Shown here: positions 49,817-62,346 of the stretch, piece after piece | How positions within the stretch are numbered: position 1 is the first letter of the stretch | How the letters are laid out: every line of letters starts with the position of its first letter | Assembly: GCA_963422365.1 (NCBI GenBank) | Contig: OY729426.1 | Location: 288,001-352,000, forward strand | Origin: Nitrospirales bacterium | GTDB taxonomy: Bacteria; Nitrospirota; Nitrospiria; Nitrospirales; UBA8639 | Reading direction: 5' to 3' | DNA length: 64,000 bases | Translations under genes and position numbers: made by a program | Notes under the pieces: model-generated | The model's database searches: none | What the model saw: only the letters and a program-made list of their open reading frames with translations | What the model was told of the DNA's origin: nothing

Positions 49817-50021
49817 GACTCCTCACAAAAAAACGTGGAGTAAATACATCTCCGATCAAAACCATCGGAGTAAATCTTATCATTGACATTCATTTGTAGT
49901 CAAGAGTATTGTAATCGGAGATTGAAATAGTCGGAGATTGACTCATCTCATGAGTGAGAAATAGTTATCTTATTGAAAATACATCATAATTTTTTAATTT
50001 TTACGGAGAAAAGGAGATTAG

Positions 50022-50435
50022 ATGGGCGGCAGTAATCCATATATCGAACAAGTCGAAGTCAAAGCAGCCACAACCTCTTTCACGGTGACCTTTAATATGC
50101 CTGAGGCAACCCTTGAGGTGCAGGTTGATCCAAGTAAAGTCCCGTATGGACCAACCGGCCAGCCAGGCAGCGTTTTGGACATTGCGATGGGAGCAGGAAT
50201 CGATGTCGAACATGCATGCGGCGGAGTCTGCGCCTGTTCAACCTGTCATGTCATTGTGAAGGAGGGTTTGGATTCCTGCAGTGAAGCCACGGACGATGAA
50301 TTGGACCAGTTGGATGAAGCCCCTGCGATGACGCTGCAATCACGATTAGCCTGCCAATGCGTACCCGATGGATCAACCGAACTCGTAGTCGAAATCCCCG
50401 AATGGAATAAAAACCTGGTGAAGGAAGGGCACTAA
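50022..50435 (+). CDS. fdx: ISC-type 2Fe-2S ferredoxin
   Basis: HACGGVCACSTCH, SRLACQ. Confidence 0.93.
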   Translation: MGGSNPYIEQVEVKAATTSFTVTFNMPEATLEVQVDPSKVPYGPTGQPGSVLDIAMGAGIDVEHACGGVCACSTCHVIVKEGLDSCSEATDDELDQLDEAPAMTLQSRLACQCVPDGSTELVVEIPEWNKNLVKEGH

Positions 50436-50503
50436 GCGCCTAGCCGATCAGCGTCACCCTCCTCTTCCCCCATTGCCGCCCGCCGCACCTTCATAAAGGC
50501 CGC

Positions 50504-51078
50504 CTACTCCGTAATTTGGGCTATCAAAACAGGTTCATGTCCGTTGCCGAACAACGCCTGTTTCACCAGATTGACTTCGCCCATCCACGTGAACGTGTCG
50601 TGGGATTCTTCCTCCAAGCGTTGCATGCCTGGGAGAATCGACTCCGGTCGTGACAAATCAGGGAAGGTCATCGAGAGCGTCATGTGCATGCTAGGTGGAG
50701 CCTTCGTCACGTCGTTGGCGGCATTGGCGAATCGTTCTTCAGCGTGGGCGTCACCGACGTGCAGGAACGGTCCAAATCGTAAGTACAGGGCGACGACACC
50801 GGAAGCATCTGCCCAATGCCATACATGTTAACGAACAGCACTCCCGTCTTTTCGAGGTAAGAGCTAACTTCCTCGAACGGAAGCACGGGACCTCCAAACG
50901 GACGGAAGTGCAGGTGGGCATCTACGATCGAGGTTTGGGGTTGAAGCGAGCGGTCGTAACATGGAGCGCCATCGGTCCGGAACGTTTCCAACGTCGGCTT
51001 CGAAGCGCAACCGGCAATTCCTACGGCACTGAAGAAAATAAACAGGACAACCGATGTTTTTGGTACGGCATTTTTCAT
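50504..51078 (-). pseudogene. Truncated secreted amidohydrolase-family protein
   Basis: Lipobox IAGC, DAHLH, frameshift near 50720, GEVNLVKQAL, then truncated. Confidence 0.55.
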
Positions 51079-51303
51079 GAAGAGACTCCCCATGTCTGAC
51101 TTTCTTGCCGATATCAGCAAGTTCACCTAAGTAACGAAAGAAATCTACCAAGGAATGCCAGGGTAAACCAGTCCAAAGGAGGCAAACTGGACAAAGATAC
51201 GTTGGGAAGAGACGAGAAGCGTGTTTGCGAACTGAGAGGTGACAGGTTGCACTCTATGAGTGTCGGCGGTGGCGTAGGAACGCTTAACTGAAAGGAAAAC
51301 CCT

Positions 51304-51598
51304 ATGCCTATGAAGAACCCGCTTCACCCAAGCAAAGTGGGACGTGTGTCCTGTCTGGAGCCGCTTGGCCTCAACATCACCGAAGGCGCAAAGGTCCTCG
51401 GCGTCAGTCGCCAGGCACTCTCGAATCTAGTGAACTGTTGCGTTCGCATGTCGACCGAGATGGCGGGTCAGGCTTGCGAAAGTCTTTGGCTCTACGCCGG
51501 AAATCTGGATACGCTTGCAGGCAGCCTACGACATCGCGCAGGCACAAGTGCGTGAGGATGAGATCGAGGTCGATCGCTACGAGCCGCAACCAGTTTGA
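51304..51598 (+). pseudogene. higA: HigA antitoxin, frameshifted
   Basis: MKNPLHP, AKVLGVSRQALSNLVN, then RLAKVFGSTPEIWIRLQAAYD in another frame. Confidence 0.8.
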
Positions 51599-52035
51599 AG
51601 CCGTGAGCTAACGATATTGACGGAGAGAATAGATAAGCTGCCCGAAGCGCTCAGGGAAAGTGGATAAGCGAGCGAAGCCATCTCGCCAAGCCCCAGCCCC
51701 AACCAGCTCAGATTGTCACGGCCACCTCGCAATGACAATAAAACGACACAACCCCGTGGGGGCAACCCAACCGTTGGCCGGGACTAAACAGCGACGTGAG
51801 CGGAAGCGGCACCAATGCAAGGGGCCGCCGATGATTTGCATTTGAAAGTTTAACTTGCATCATGCAGTATCCCCTTTGGCATCTGACCGGACCACGTCAA
51901 TCTGGAAAGACCATGCCCTGACACGCAACTCGACAATCCCGACGAGACGGTGAGGTTGTGCCGTTGACTGACCTCGTTGTGGTGCTTGAGCGCTTCCAGG
52001 AGAAAATACCTGATGGACGTCTTCCTTTACGTATC

Positions 52036-53871
<1,836 letters not shown>

Positions 53872-53923
53872 ATAGCCCGTAGACCAGCAACTCTTCCAAA
53901 CGACCGCGCCATAGTAGACCGTC

Positions 53924-55321
53924 TTATGGCTGGAGCCTCTCTCGGAACGGCTCTGACTTACGGGCAGTCCTCCATAACTTGCGGGTGAACCTGCGGCCTA
54001 GGCCTCGCTCAATCTCACGCCATTTCCGCTCTTCGTCCGACGTGATGAACGTGACCGCTTCTCCTGAGCGGCCCATGCGGCCAGTCCGTCCGACCCTGTG
54101 CGTGAAAAGTTGTTCCGAGTCCGGCAGGTCATAGTTGATGACTTGGCCAATGCCTTCAACGTCCAAGCCTCGAGCCGCCACATTTGTCGCGACCAAAATC
54201 GGCGCGGCGCCAGAACGGAAGTCTAGCATCACACGCTCACGTGCGTTTTGGCTAAGATTTCCTTGGAGCGCCCCTACCGGATAGCCCAACGTGTCGAGCT
54301 GTCTTGCCAGCTTATTGACGCCGTGCTTGGTCTTACCAAAAACGATAATCGGAGCGCCGTCCCGCTGGTTTAAAAGCGTTTTGAGAGCCTCTATCTTGTC
54401 GCTCTTCTGGATGGTATAGACTAGGTGCTCCACAGTGGGCAGAGCTTGCAGGTCTGCGTCCACTTTCACCGTGACGGGGTTCCGCAGGTATTTCTTCGCG
54501 GTCTTCGCCACCCACTCAGGCATGGTTGCGGAGAGAAGCGCCGTCTGCCGACTGGATGGCGTCTCGCTCAGGATGGCTTCCACATCGTGGGCAAACCCTC
54601 TATCCAGCATTTCGTCCGCTTCATCCAGCACCAAGAATCGCACCGATCTCAGGTCGAGTGTGCCATGCCGTAGATGGTCCAGCGTACGTCCAGGAGTGCC
54701 GATGATGATCTGGGCTCCGTTCCTCAACGCCGTGTGCTCCGGCCTCAACGACCGGCCGCCGTACAGTAACGTCACACGCAGCCGCTGTGATGAAGCCAAG
54801 GCCTTCATGACTCCAGACACCTGAATGGCCAGCTCCCGGGTGGGCACCAGCACAAGCGCCTGGACCTGCAGGACCGACGGTTCACACTGTTCTGCCAGGG
54901 GCACAGCAAACGCCAGCGTCTTTCCGGACCCCGTGCGCGCCTGACCGATCAAGTCCCGTCCCGTTAGGAGATGGGGGATGGACTTTTCTTGAATGGGCGT
55001 AGGCTCTGAGATGTTCATCCGGGAAAGCGCCGCTCTGGTCAAACCCTTCAACGCCATTCCAGGAAACACGGCAGCACCGGCATGGGCGCTATCGGCAGAA
55101 GTATTATTTGCAACAAATGACTCACACACCGGTGTGTCGACCGCAGAGGAAAGACCGTTTCGACGGGCTTTAAAGCACGAGGGGCAGTACACCGCCCTGT
55201 CAGGACTGGGCCGGAAGGGGACGGTTGTCGACATATCGCAATCAGCGCAAACGGCCTGGTGGCGCTGTGTACGGTTAGATGGACGTAGACGGGTTGACGT
55301 TGATAGAGATTGAAAAGGCAT
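53924..55321 (-). CDS. DEAD-box RNA helicase with N-terminal CxxC-x17-CxxC zinc ribbon
   Basis: CADC..VPFRP..VYCPSC; TGSGKT, PTREL, DEAD, SAT, HRVGRTGR. Confidence 0.93.
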   Translation of the reverse strand: MPFQSLSTSTRLRPSNRTQRHQAVCADCDMSTTVPFRPSPDRAVYCPSCFKARRNGLSSAVDTPVCESFVANNTSADSAHAGAAVFPGMALKGLTRAALSRMNISEPTPIQEKSIPHLLTGRDLIGQARTGSGKTLAFAVPLAEQCEPSVLQVQALVLVPTRELAIQVSGVMKALASSQRLRVTLLYGGRSLRPEHTALRNGAQIIIGTPGRTLDHLRHGTLDLRSVRFLVLDEADEMLDRGFAHDVEAILSETPSSRQTALLSATMPEWVAKTAKKYLRNPVTVKVDADLQALPTVEHLVYTIQKSDKIEALKTLLNQRDGAPIIVFGKTKHGVNKLARQLDTLGYPVGALQGNLSQNARERVMLDFRSGAAPILVATNVAARGLDVEGIGQVINYDLPDSEQLFTHRVGRTGRMGRSGEAVTFITSDEERKWREIERGLGRRFTRKLWRTARKSEPFRERLQP

Positions 55322-55623
55322 AGGGAACAAACTCCTTAGTTATTGGTTATTGAGCATCCATGAGAACCTACCTGGCATTCGCCTACAGGGCACCACAAGG
55401 GTTCACCTCATACCACTCTATGTATCCTGGTCCGCGATCAGCAGGCGGTGACAGCCGTACAGGATTGGCGAAACCTAGCTTTTCTCAAGGTATCGATATT
55501 ATACAGTACCCGCGCCATAGAGCAGGGCGTCGAGCAGGCGGCGGCGGATGTCGCCGGCGGCGAGGGTTACCCTTCGTGGTCTCGCGTTCACTAACAAGCC
55601 GCTGAGGTCAGCGGCTATAAATT

Positions 55624-55981
55624 TGGCTCCTCGGGCAGGACTCGAACCTGCGACCAATCGGTTACGAGTTTCCCAGTATTTCTACCGGACTCGGACTATC
55701 TCATCACCAGCCTGACGAATCAGGTGAGGGTGTCGGGCGCTTGTGAGGTCTTATTGGGTTGGGTTCCTCAACCTCTAGTCTCTGCACGTTCTTGCCTACC
55801 AAGACCCTTCGGCAAGCTTCGATCAGGATTCCCTTTCCGAGTTCGCCACGAACTCGGGGAAGGCTTCCCTGAATTCACCCGATTTTTCAACCACAGTTTC
55901 CTGTGGAAGCTGCAATACGACGTGAATCTTTCGCACGCCTCCCTTTACAGCCGACCGCTCTACCAACTGAGCTACCGAGGA
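55624..55981 (-). tRNA. tRNA-Asn(GTT), intron-split: exon 1 55981-55947, exon 2 55664-55624
   Basis: Joined exons give a 76-nt cloverleaf TCCTCGG...GTCGG-CT-GT^T-AA-CCGAT...TTCGAGT...CCGAGGA-G-CCA. Confidence 0.95.
55665..55946 (-). ncRNA. Group I self-splicing intron (282 nt, no ORF)
   Basis: Exon ends in U, intron ends in G; IGS GCAGC; P7 AGACUA/UAGUCC; GAAA-capped P2 and P9. Confidence 0.9.
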
Positions 55982-56082
55982 ACACGATCGTTGGCTTCTT
56001 TTCCACCATGGTGGAGTCGGAGCGTGATCATAACATAATTCTGAAATTGAGCAATAGCTCCTGCCGACAACAGTTTCATATA

Positions 56083-56346
56083 CTAAAACTGAAAATCGTC
56101 GGAATCCTCTTCGCCTTCTTCGGCCTCTGCCGCTCCACCTTCGGATAGCGCGACGTAATGCCGCGCCCAAGATAAATAAATGTTGGCGCTGTCTTTCATG
56201 GCATCGGCACCCATGGTCAATTTTTTGGCGACATCGGAATCTCCTCCCATGAGTTCCATTTCCTGGGCACGACTCTCTAATCGGTCATGGAATTGGCTCA
56301 TGTGCAGGGTAATCTCACCCATGAGTTCTCTGAGGTCATCGCTCAT
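56083..56346 (-). CDS. Acidic hypothetical protein
   Basis: Clean helical ORF downstream of the OFOR operon. Confidence 0.6.
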   Translation of the reverse strand: MSDDLRELMGEITLHMSQFHDRLESRAQEMELMGGDSDVAKKLTMGADAMKDSANIYLSWARHYVALSEGGAAEAEEGEEDSDDFQF

Positions 56347-56475
56347 GTCCACACCTTCTGTTTCATTCGACTCTTGTGGGAGCTCACTTGAGAAAAAATT
56401 GAGAAAAAATAAAGCCCCACGACAATCAAAAATGATTCTGTCGTAGGGCCCTTAGCTGATACCTGATGTGTAAAA

Positions 56476-56754
56476 CTACCCTTGATAGGCTTGTCCTAAG
56501 CCAGCGGCTTCTCCGGCCTTGTCCATCAAGGAACCATCAGCACTCACCGCCACCATGTCTATTGCCATATGTTTTGCAGCATCGCAAACCACTTTGCACA
56601 GCTCACAGCCCTTACATCGGTTGATGATTACTTCCGCCACCAGTTTTTCAACATTCAGGTCCAAACAATTGGCCTCGGGGCAGTACATGATGCACAACCG
56701 ACACCCTTTTTTGGCGACGCACTTTTCATCCGTCACTTGCGCTACGTTATACAT
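56476..56754 (-). CDS. 2-oxoacid:ferredoxin oxidoreductase epsilon (ferredoxin-like) subunit
   Basis: C....GCRLC...CP and CKGCELC motifs; operon position. Confidence 0.85.
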   Translation of the reverse strand: MYNVAQVTDEKCVAKKGCRLCIMYCPEANCLDLNVEKLVAEVIINRCKGCELCKVVCDAAKHMAIDMVAVSADGSLMDKAGEAAGLGQAYQG

Positions 56755-56781
56755 GAATGCCTAGCCTTTCCCCTGTCTTCT

Positions 56782-57477
56782 TTATGCCGCCGCAACGGCT
56801 AGTTCGATATTATTCTTTTCCGCCCATTCACTCGCCATTTCGTATGCCCGGATGACCGTCTCCAAGTTTTTCTTTAACAGCATTTCTTTTTTGGCAAATT
56901 TTTTCTTAATGGCTTCATCCAAGGTGGCCGTTCCCCCAGAGGCCACAAACTTTTTCCCGAACCGCTCCTGCAGTGCCCCATCGAGTCCCTCCAGAGAAAC
57001 GCATTTGGTAATACCGGCAACAGAACCAATCATGGTCATGTTCGTGGAAAGTTCCGTACCAGCCACTTCCAACGCGACCTGGGTTCCTTTGATGTAAAAC
57101 ACCGCCACATCCAGATCCTTTAACCGCTTCACATCTTCATCTGATAAAAGCGGCACATCTGAATTAATGATGACAACTCCGTTTTCCTTAATACCCGAGT
57201 AAAATGGCATGGTATAACTTTTGCCCATCGTTATCACTTGCGGATGAAACACTTCAATCACGTCGGGAAAGACCAACTCTCCACGATCATAGATCCGACT
57301 GATACCAATCCGACAATAACTCTCAGCCGGCGCCATGCGCTTTTCCGCACCAAAAAATGGATTCGAGATCGCAAATTTTCCGTCACGTGACGCCGCCATC
57401 GCCAACACGTGTGCAGCCGTCACGGCACCCTGGCCACCAAGACCCGACATGCGAATATTTAATCTCCGCTTGATCAT
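56782..57477 (-). CDS. 2-oxoacid:ferredoxin oxidoreductase gamma subunit
   Basis: GLGGQGAVTA, FFGAEKR. Confidence 0.92.
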   Translation of the reverse strand: MIKRRLNIRMSGLGGQGAVTAAHVLAMAASRDGKFAISNPFFGAEKRMAPAESYCRIGISRIYDRGELVFPDVIEVFHPQVITMGKSYTMPFYSGIKENGVVIINSDVPLLSDEDVKRLKDLDVAVFYIKGTQVALEVAGTELSTNMTMIGSVAGITKCVSLEGLDGALQERFGKKFVASGGTATLDEAIKKKFAKKEMLLKKNLETVIRAYEMASEWAEKNNIELAVAAA

Positions 57478-57511
57478 GATGCTTTCCCCTTTTTCATTCC
57501 GTAGGGAGGGC

Positions 57512-58417
57512 TCAGGCCTTTCCCGCCAATTGCTTTTTCGCAGCGGCTTTTCTTTCTTTTTCCTTCGCCGCCAGTTCGGTCAACAACTCTTTGGCTTGAT
57601 CACTGACATACTCCTTATACGCAAATCGTTCAGTCGGTTTTTCAGAGTCCCGCATTTCTTGCAAGCCTTCCATGCTGTTTTTCCCGATTTCCAGGATACA
57701 CGGGGTGTAGAGCTGCAAATAGGTAGGACCGATTTCGCGAGCCACATGAATCGCATTTTTGATGACTTTTTCAACAAGGTTTGGTTTGCTGACCGTACAA
57801 TTCACCACGTAGTGGCATCCGGACTCACGCGCGATTTCCGGCAGTTTGACCTTTTCAAACGTTTTTCCCACGGGAGCCATCTTAGCCACAAACCCTTTTT
57901 GCATTAATCCGCTTTCTTGGCCGCCTGTATTGGCGTAGAGCTCATTATCAAAACAAATGGTCGTGAATTTTTCTTGGCGGAACCAAGCTTGCAGCGTCAT
58001 ATCGAGGCCGATATCGACCGTTGCCCCATCACCGGCCAACACCACCACATCTTTGACCCGCCCGGGGAACCGCACGGTGAGGGCACGCTTGAGCCCCGAA
58101 GCAATGGCGTTCTGATTGCCAAAGAGGGAGTGAATATTGTGTACGCCCACATGTGGGAAAACCAAGCTGGTGCAGCCCGTCGAACCCACCATCACGGTAT
58201 CTTCCGGGGCAGGCAATGACGCTAAAATGTACCGAAAAGCCATGGACTCCGGGCACCCGGCACACAACGAATGCTCTTCTATCAATTCCTTTGAGGTCCC
58301 GATATCCTTCCACCCGCGGTTCTCATTCCCATACGTTGCTCGTCCAACCAAATCCTGATACTCCGATGGCATGATATCGAACATTTCCGGAGCTATTTTA
58401 ATTCGTTCTTTACTCAT
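57512..58417 (-). CDS. 2-oxoacid:ferredoxin oxidoreductase beta subunit
   Basis: CAGC, TGC, GDG...DNELYANTGGQ TPP motif. Confidence 0.93.
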   Translation of the reverse strand: MSKERIKIAPEMFDIMPSEYQDLVGRATYGNENRGWKDIGTSKELIEEHSLCAGCPESMAFRYILASLPAPEDTVMVGSTGCTSLVFPHVGVHNIHSLFGNQNAIASGLKRALTVRFPGRVKDVVVLAGDGATVDIGLDMTLQAWFRQEKFTTICFDNELYANTGGQESGLMQKGFVAKMAPVGKTFEKVKLPEIARESGCHYVVNCTVSKPNLVEKVIKNAIHVAREIGPTYLQLYTPCILEIGKNSMEGLQEMRDSEKPTERFAYKEYVSDQAKELLTELAAKEKERKAAAKKQLAGKA

Positions 58418-58499
58418 GGGGCCTCCTCACACTTATCCAAAAATTTCACATTAATTCCGCATGCCATTTTGACAGACTCAGCAATCGACACATGCCGTG

Positions 58500-59708
58500 T
58501 CAGCTTCCACGTCCGGCCAAGCTTTCGGCTTTAATGCCCAATTGCTTCTTGATGTCGGCCGCAATAATTTCTGGCGGCATGGTCATGCCTCCGCAGACAT
58601 GCGGACCGGCATACACTCGCTCCGGATTCTGAATCGTGGCACGAATCTCTTTGGCAAGCCAACCCGTGACATTAAACTCCGGCACAATGATATGTTTGGC
58701 ATGCTTGGTAGCCTCTCGAATTTCTTCTTCCGGCCATGGCCGAAGTACTTTGATTTTTAGGATTCCCACATCGATGCCATCCTCTTCCAAGAGAATCTGG
58801 GCTTCACGACCTTGGGAAACCGCCGTACCGGACGAGACGATCAACACTTCGGCATTGGGCTTGTCCACTTCAATCAATCCGTCCAACCACCGAATGGTGT
58901 GCTTTCTGGACCGCTCTATCGCTGCCCACACCTCCTGTTGCCAGCTTGCATGGGTGGCATAACTAATATAATTGCTCTTCATGACAAACGGGTCGCGCAT
59001 CATTCTGACCGGCGGACATTCCATATCCATACAGGGCACGGGAGACCGATACGGATCATATGGCGGAAGACACATATCGGCGGGGGTCAGATTCACGACA
59101 TCTTTGGTATGGGTCACGAAAAACCCATCACAACAGAGCGCCAACGGCAAATGCACATCCGGCTCTTCCGACACCATGTACCCTTTTAAAATCCAGTCAT
59201 AAAAATCTTGAGCTGTCTCGGCATGCCAAACCAGCATCCCGGTATTCAAGAGATATGAGATTTCCAACGTATCCGGCTGAATCGAGAGAGGTGAGTTAAT
59301 GCCGCGACAGGTCACGATCATTTGAATGGGCAGACGCGCCCCGGCCCACATCGGAAAGTTCTCCATGGCGCGCATGGTGCCAGGGCCCGCGGTTGTGGTG
59401 AATACCCGTGCACCGCCGAAGGCCGCCCCGGCGCATTGGGACATCACCGCAAATTCACTTTCCCCGCGAAAGTAGTCTCCGATAAACCCTTCGGCAAACA
59501 ATTCTCCGATCAACGCCGCGGCTTCACTTTGCGGGGTAATCGGATACGCAATCATGACATCGCAATTCGAACGACGAACCGCCTCTTTAATGACTTCACT
59601 GCCCGTATAAAAGCAGGGAGTTCGCTCAGCTTCATGCAACAACTTCCAGGCATCCGTCACGACCTGACCGGCCCTATTTTTTGTCCCGATTAACGATTGA
59701 GTTGCCAT
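58500..59708 (-). CDS. 2-oxoacid:ferredoxin oxidoreductase alpha subunit
   Basis: YPITPQS, ESE, TAGPG, RPWP. Confidence 0.93.
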   Translation of the reverse strand: MATQSLIGTKNRAGQVVTDAWKLLHEAERTPCFYTGSEVIKEAVRRSNCDVMIAYPITPQSEAAALIGELFAEGFIGDYFRGESEFAVMSQCAGAAFGGARVFTTTAGPGTMRAMENFPMWAGARLPIQMIVTCRGINSPLSIQPDTLEISYLLNTGMLVWHAETAQDFYDWILKGYMVSEEPDVHLPLALCCDGFFVTHTKDVVNLTPADMCLPPYDPYRSPVPCMDMECPPVRMMRDPFVMKSNYISYATHASWQQEVWAAIERSRKHTIRWLDGLIEVDKPNAEVLIVSSGTAVSQGREAQILLEEDGIDVGILKIKVLRPWPEEEIREATKHAKHIIVPEFNVTGWLAKEIRATIQNPERVYAGPHVCGGMTMPPEIIAADIKKQLGIKAESLAGRGS

Positions 59709-59868
59709 GATTGTGCCTCCTTTTATCTTAGGCTAAATGGCTTTTTCCCATCAGGATGTTACAACTGTATGTCATGAATAAAGAATTTCATGTTTCTTGC
59801 ATTGTAACTTCTTAAAAATATTAAATAAATGAAAAATTTTCTTCACGAGACCGCCCCATCCTCGAGCC

Positions 59869-60483
59869 TTAGTCTTTAGGCAGCTCGACCGACCCTTTTA
59901 ATTTTTTCACCCAATCGGCTAATTTCATGATCTTTTCGGCTGTGGCATCACGGAAAGACAGCATGGCATCTTCATGGCCGGCCTGAGCGCACATGGCGAT
60001 GGTATAACAATAGGTGCCTCCACGAATAATCTTGAGAGACAGATTCGCCTGGTGACAGTGAACGCCGACAAACATGCAGGTATCGATTTTGTTATGCCAA
60101 ATAGTGAGATTGGGATGGTTGGGATTGATTTCGACTTCCGGGTTGATTTTCGGATATTTGGGCCGGTAATCAGGCATAGGAATGAGCATCGCCTGCTGGG
60201 ACGGGGTGACGCACGCCTTAAGCGTTTCATATAAATGCCTGATCGCCGTGGCTTTTCCAGCCGCTTTTTCATTCCAGGCCCACAGGACAAGTGGACCGGG
60301 GAAAATCGTTGGAACTTTGGCCGATAAGAACTGACGGGCCGCGACTTCCATGGCTTCCTCTTCATTGACAATTTTCCCATGAATATGCGCTTGTCCCGGG
60401 TCCGGCAGACGAATGCCCATGCTGGCTGCCGCAGGGGGGAGAAAATGCTCCGGACCTCGTAAAACTTGATACATTGTCGACAT
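59869..60483 (-). CDS. Five-subunit OFOR delta subunit
   Basis: LPPAAASMG, PDYRPKYPKINPE.EINPNHPNLTI; first gene of the operon. Confidence 0.85.
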   Translation of the reverse strand: MSTMYQVLRGPEHFLPPAAASMGIRLPDPGQAHIHGKIVNEEEAMEVAARQFLSAKVPTIFPGPLVLWAWNEKAAGKATAIRHLYETLKACVTPSQQAMLIPMPDYRPKYPKINPEVEINPNHPNLTIWHNKIDTCMFVGVHCHQANLSLKIIRGGTYCYTIAMCAQAGHEDAMLSFRDATAEKIMKLADWVKKLKGSVELPKD

Positions 60484-60920
60484 AGGCTTATTTCCTCAAC
60501 TCCATGCAGAATATAGGAACCGCCGATTTATTGCACTATCGCGCACATGGCGGCTTGGTGTTCTTGCTCAACCTCGACTTGATATGTCTCGGGTTTCGCT
60601 GTGGACGCCTTGCCCTGCATCCCGCTACCACCATAAATCAGAGGTTCGCTAAATTTCTTCTTCTAAATTGACTGTCTAGTACTTTATGCCGGTCCACGGA
60701 ATTTCGCAACCTAGAAAAAGCCCCAACAAGCCTGATATTTAGGCCATTTTTTCGATCGGCTGCATGAGGCTTTTGACCCAGCATTCCGCTTGGCTATTCG
60801 AAAGAATCACTACAGGAAGTTCAAAGAAATTTTATCAATTCACAAACGGCTAGACTGGTCTGAGCCGGGGAGCAGTAAACGATTCACGGCTTCCGGACCC
60901 TCAACCGATCGCGACGACAG

Positions 60921-62302
60921 TCAGTACCTGTACGTTTCTGGCTTATACGGGCCTTCAACCGGAACCTTAATGTAGGCGGCTTGTTCCTTGGTGAGTTTGG
61001 TTAACATGCCACCGAACCCTCGCACCATATGGGCGGCCACTTCTTCATCAAGCTTCTTCGGCAGGACTTCGATGGTGACGGGAGCCCCGGGCGTGTCGGC
61101 AAATTTCTTCCCGAATAAATAAATTTGCGCGAGGACTTGGTTGGAAAAGGACCCGTCCATAATCCGGGAGGGATGACCAGTTGCGTTTCCTAAATTCACC
61201 AAACGCCCTTCGGACAAAATGATCAGATGATCGTTGGCGAGCGCGTCACGATAGACTTTATGAACTTGCGGTTTCACTTCTTCCCACTCCCAATGTTTCC
61301 GCATATAGGCTGTATCGATTTCATTGTCAAAGTGGCCAATATTACAGACCACGGCTCCTGATTTGAGGGTTTGTAACATGGCGTTGTCACAGACGTTATA
61401 ATTGCCGGTTGCCGTCACAATAAGATCCGTATTGGCTAAGAGCGCGTTGTTGATATCTTCGACTTCCCCCGTATTGATTCCCTGATTGTAGGACGAGACC
61501 ACTTCAAAGCCATCCATACAGGCCTGCATTGCACAAATAGGGTCGATTTCCGACACCTTCACAATCATGCCTTCCTGGCGCAGGGATTGTGCCGATCCTT
61601 TTCCCACGTCTCCATACCCAATCACCAAGGCCTTCTTCCCTGATAATAAATGGTCCGTGCCACGCTTAATGGCATCATTCAAACTGTGTCGACATCCATA
61701 TTTATTGTCGTTTTTCGACTTCGTGACCGAATCATTTACATTAATGACCGGAACTTTCAGGGCCCCTTTTTTAAACTGCTCTTGAAGACGATGCACCCCC
61801 GTTGTGGTCTCTTCCGTGATTCCGTGGATTTTATCCAACATCGTCGGGTACTTCTCGTGGAGCATCTGGGTCAAATCGCCCCCGTCATCCAAGACCATAT
61901 TGGCATTCCAGGGCCGGCCATCCTTTAAAATAGTTTGCTCAATGCACCAGTCATATTCTTCGAGCGTTTCGCCTTTCCAGGCGTACACCGGAATGCCTCG
62001 GCTCGCGATGGCGGCGGCGGCATGATCTTGTGTGGAGAAAATATTGCAAGAGGACCACCGCACTTCCGCCCCAACTCCATCAGGGTTTCAATCAAGACCG
62101 CCGTCTGGATCGTCATGTGAATACACCCGAGAATTCTTGCGCTCTTGAGAGGTTGCGCCACTCGATGTTTTTCCCTCAATGCCATCAGCCCCGGCATTTC
62201 CGTTTCGGCGATTCGCATTTCTTTTCGACCCCAGTCGGCCAGGTTGATATCCGCGACCTTATAATCACGCACAGATTTTTCCAGTTGCGTAGCTGTCCCC
62301 AT
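60921..62302 (-). CDS. ahcY: S-adenosylhomocysteine hydrolase, single frameshift near 62070 (likely sequencing indel)
   Basis: [18 protein letters not shown] | [32 protein letters not shown]. Confidence 0.92.
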
Positions 62303-62346
62303 AATCTGTCACTCCCTTTTGCTCGGGCTCGATCAACACCTCAGCC

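Noticed and set aside
51660..51740. Degenerate GCGAAGC.ATCT...CTCGCAATGAC palindromic element
   Set aside because: Single decayed copy; too weak to define
55588..55620. attC-like start CTAACAAGCCGCTG
   Set aside because: No matching GTTRRRY end or integrase; better explained as a hairpin after the tRNA
55724..56170. ORFs overlapping the intron as a possible homing endonuclease
   Set aside because: They cross the tRNA exon and ribozyme core; no LAGLIDADG, HNH or GIY-YIG motif
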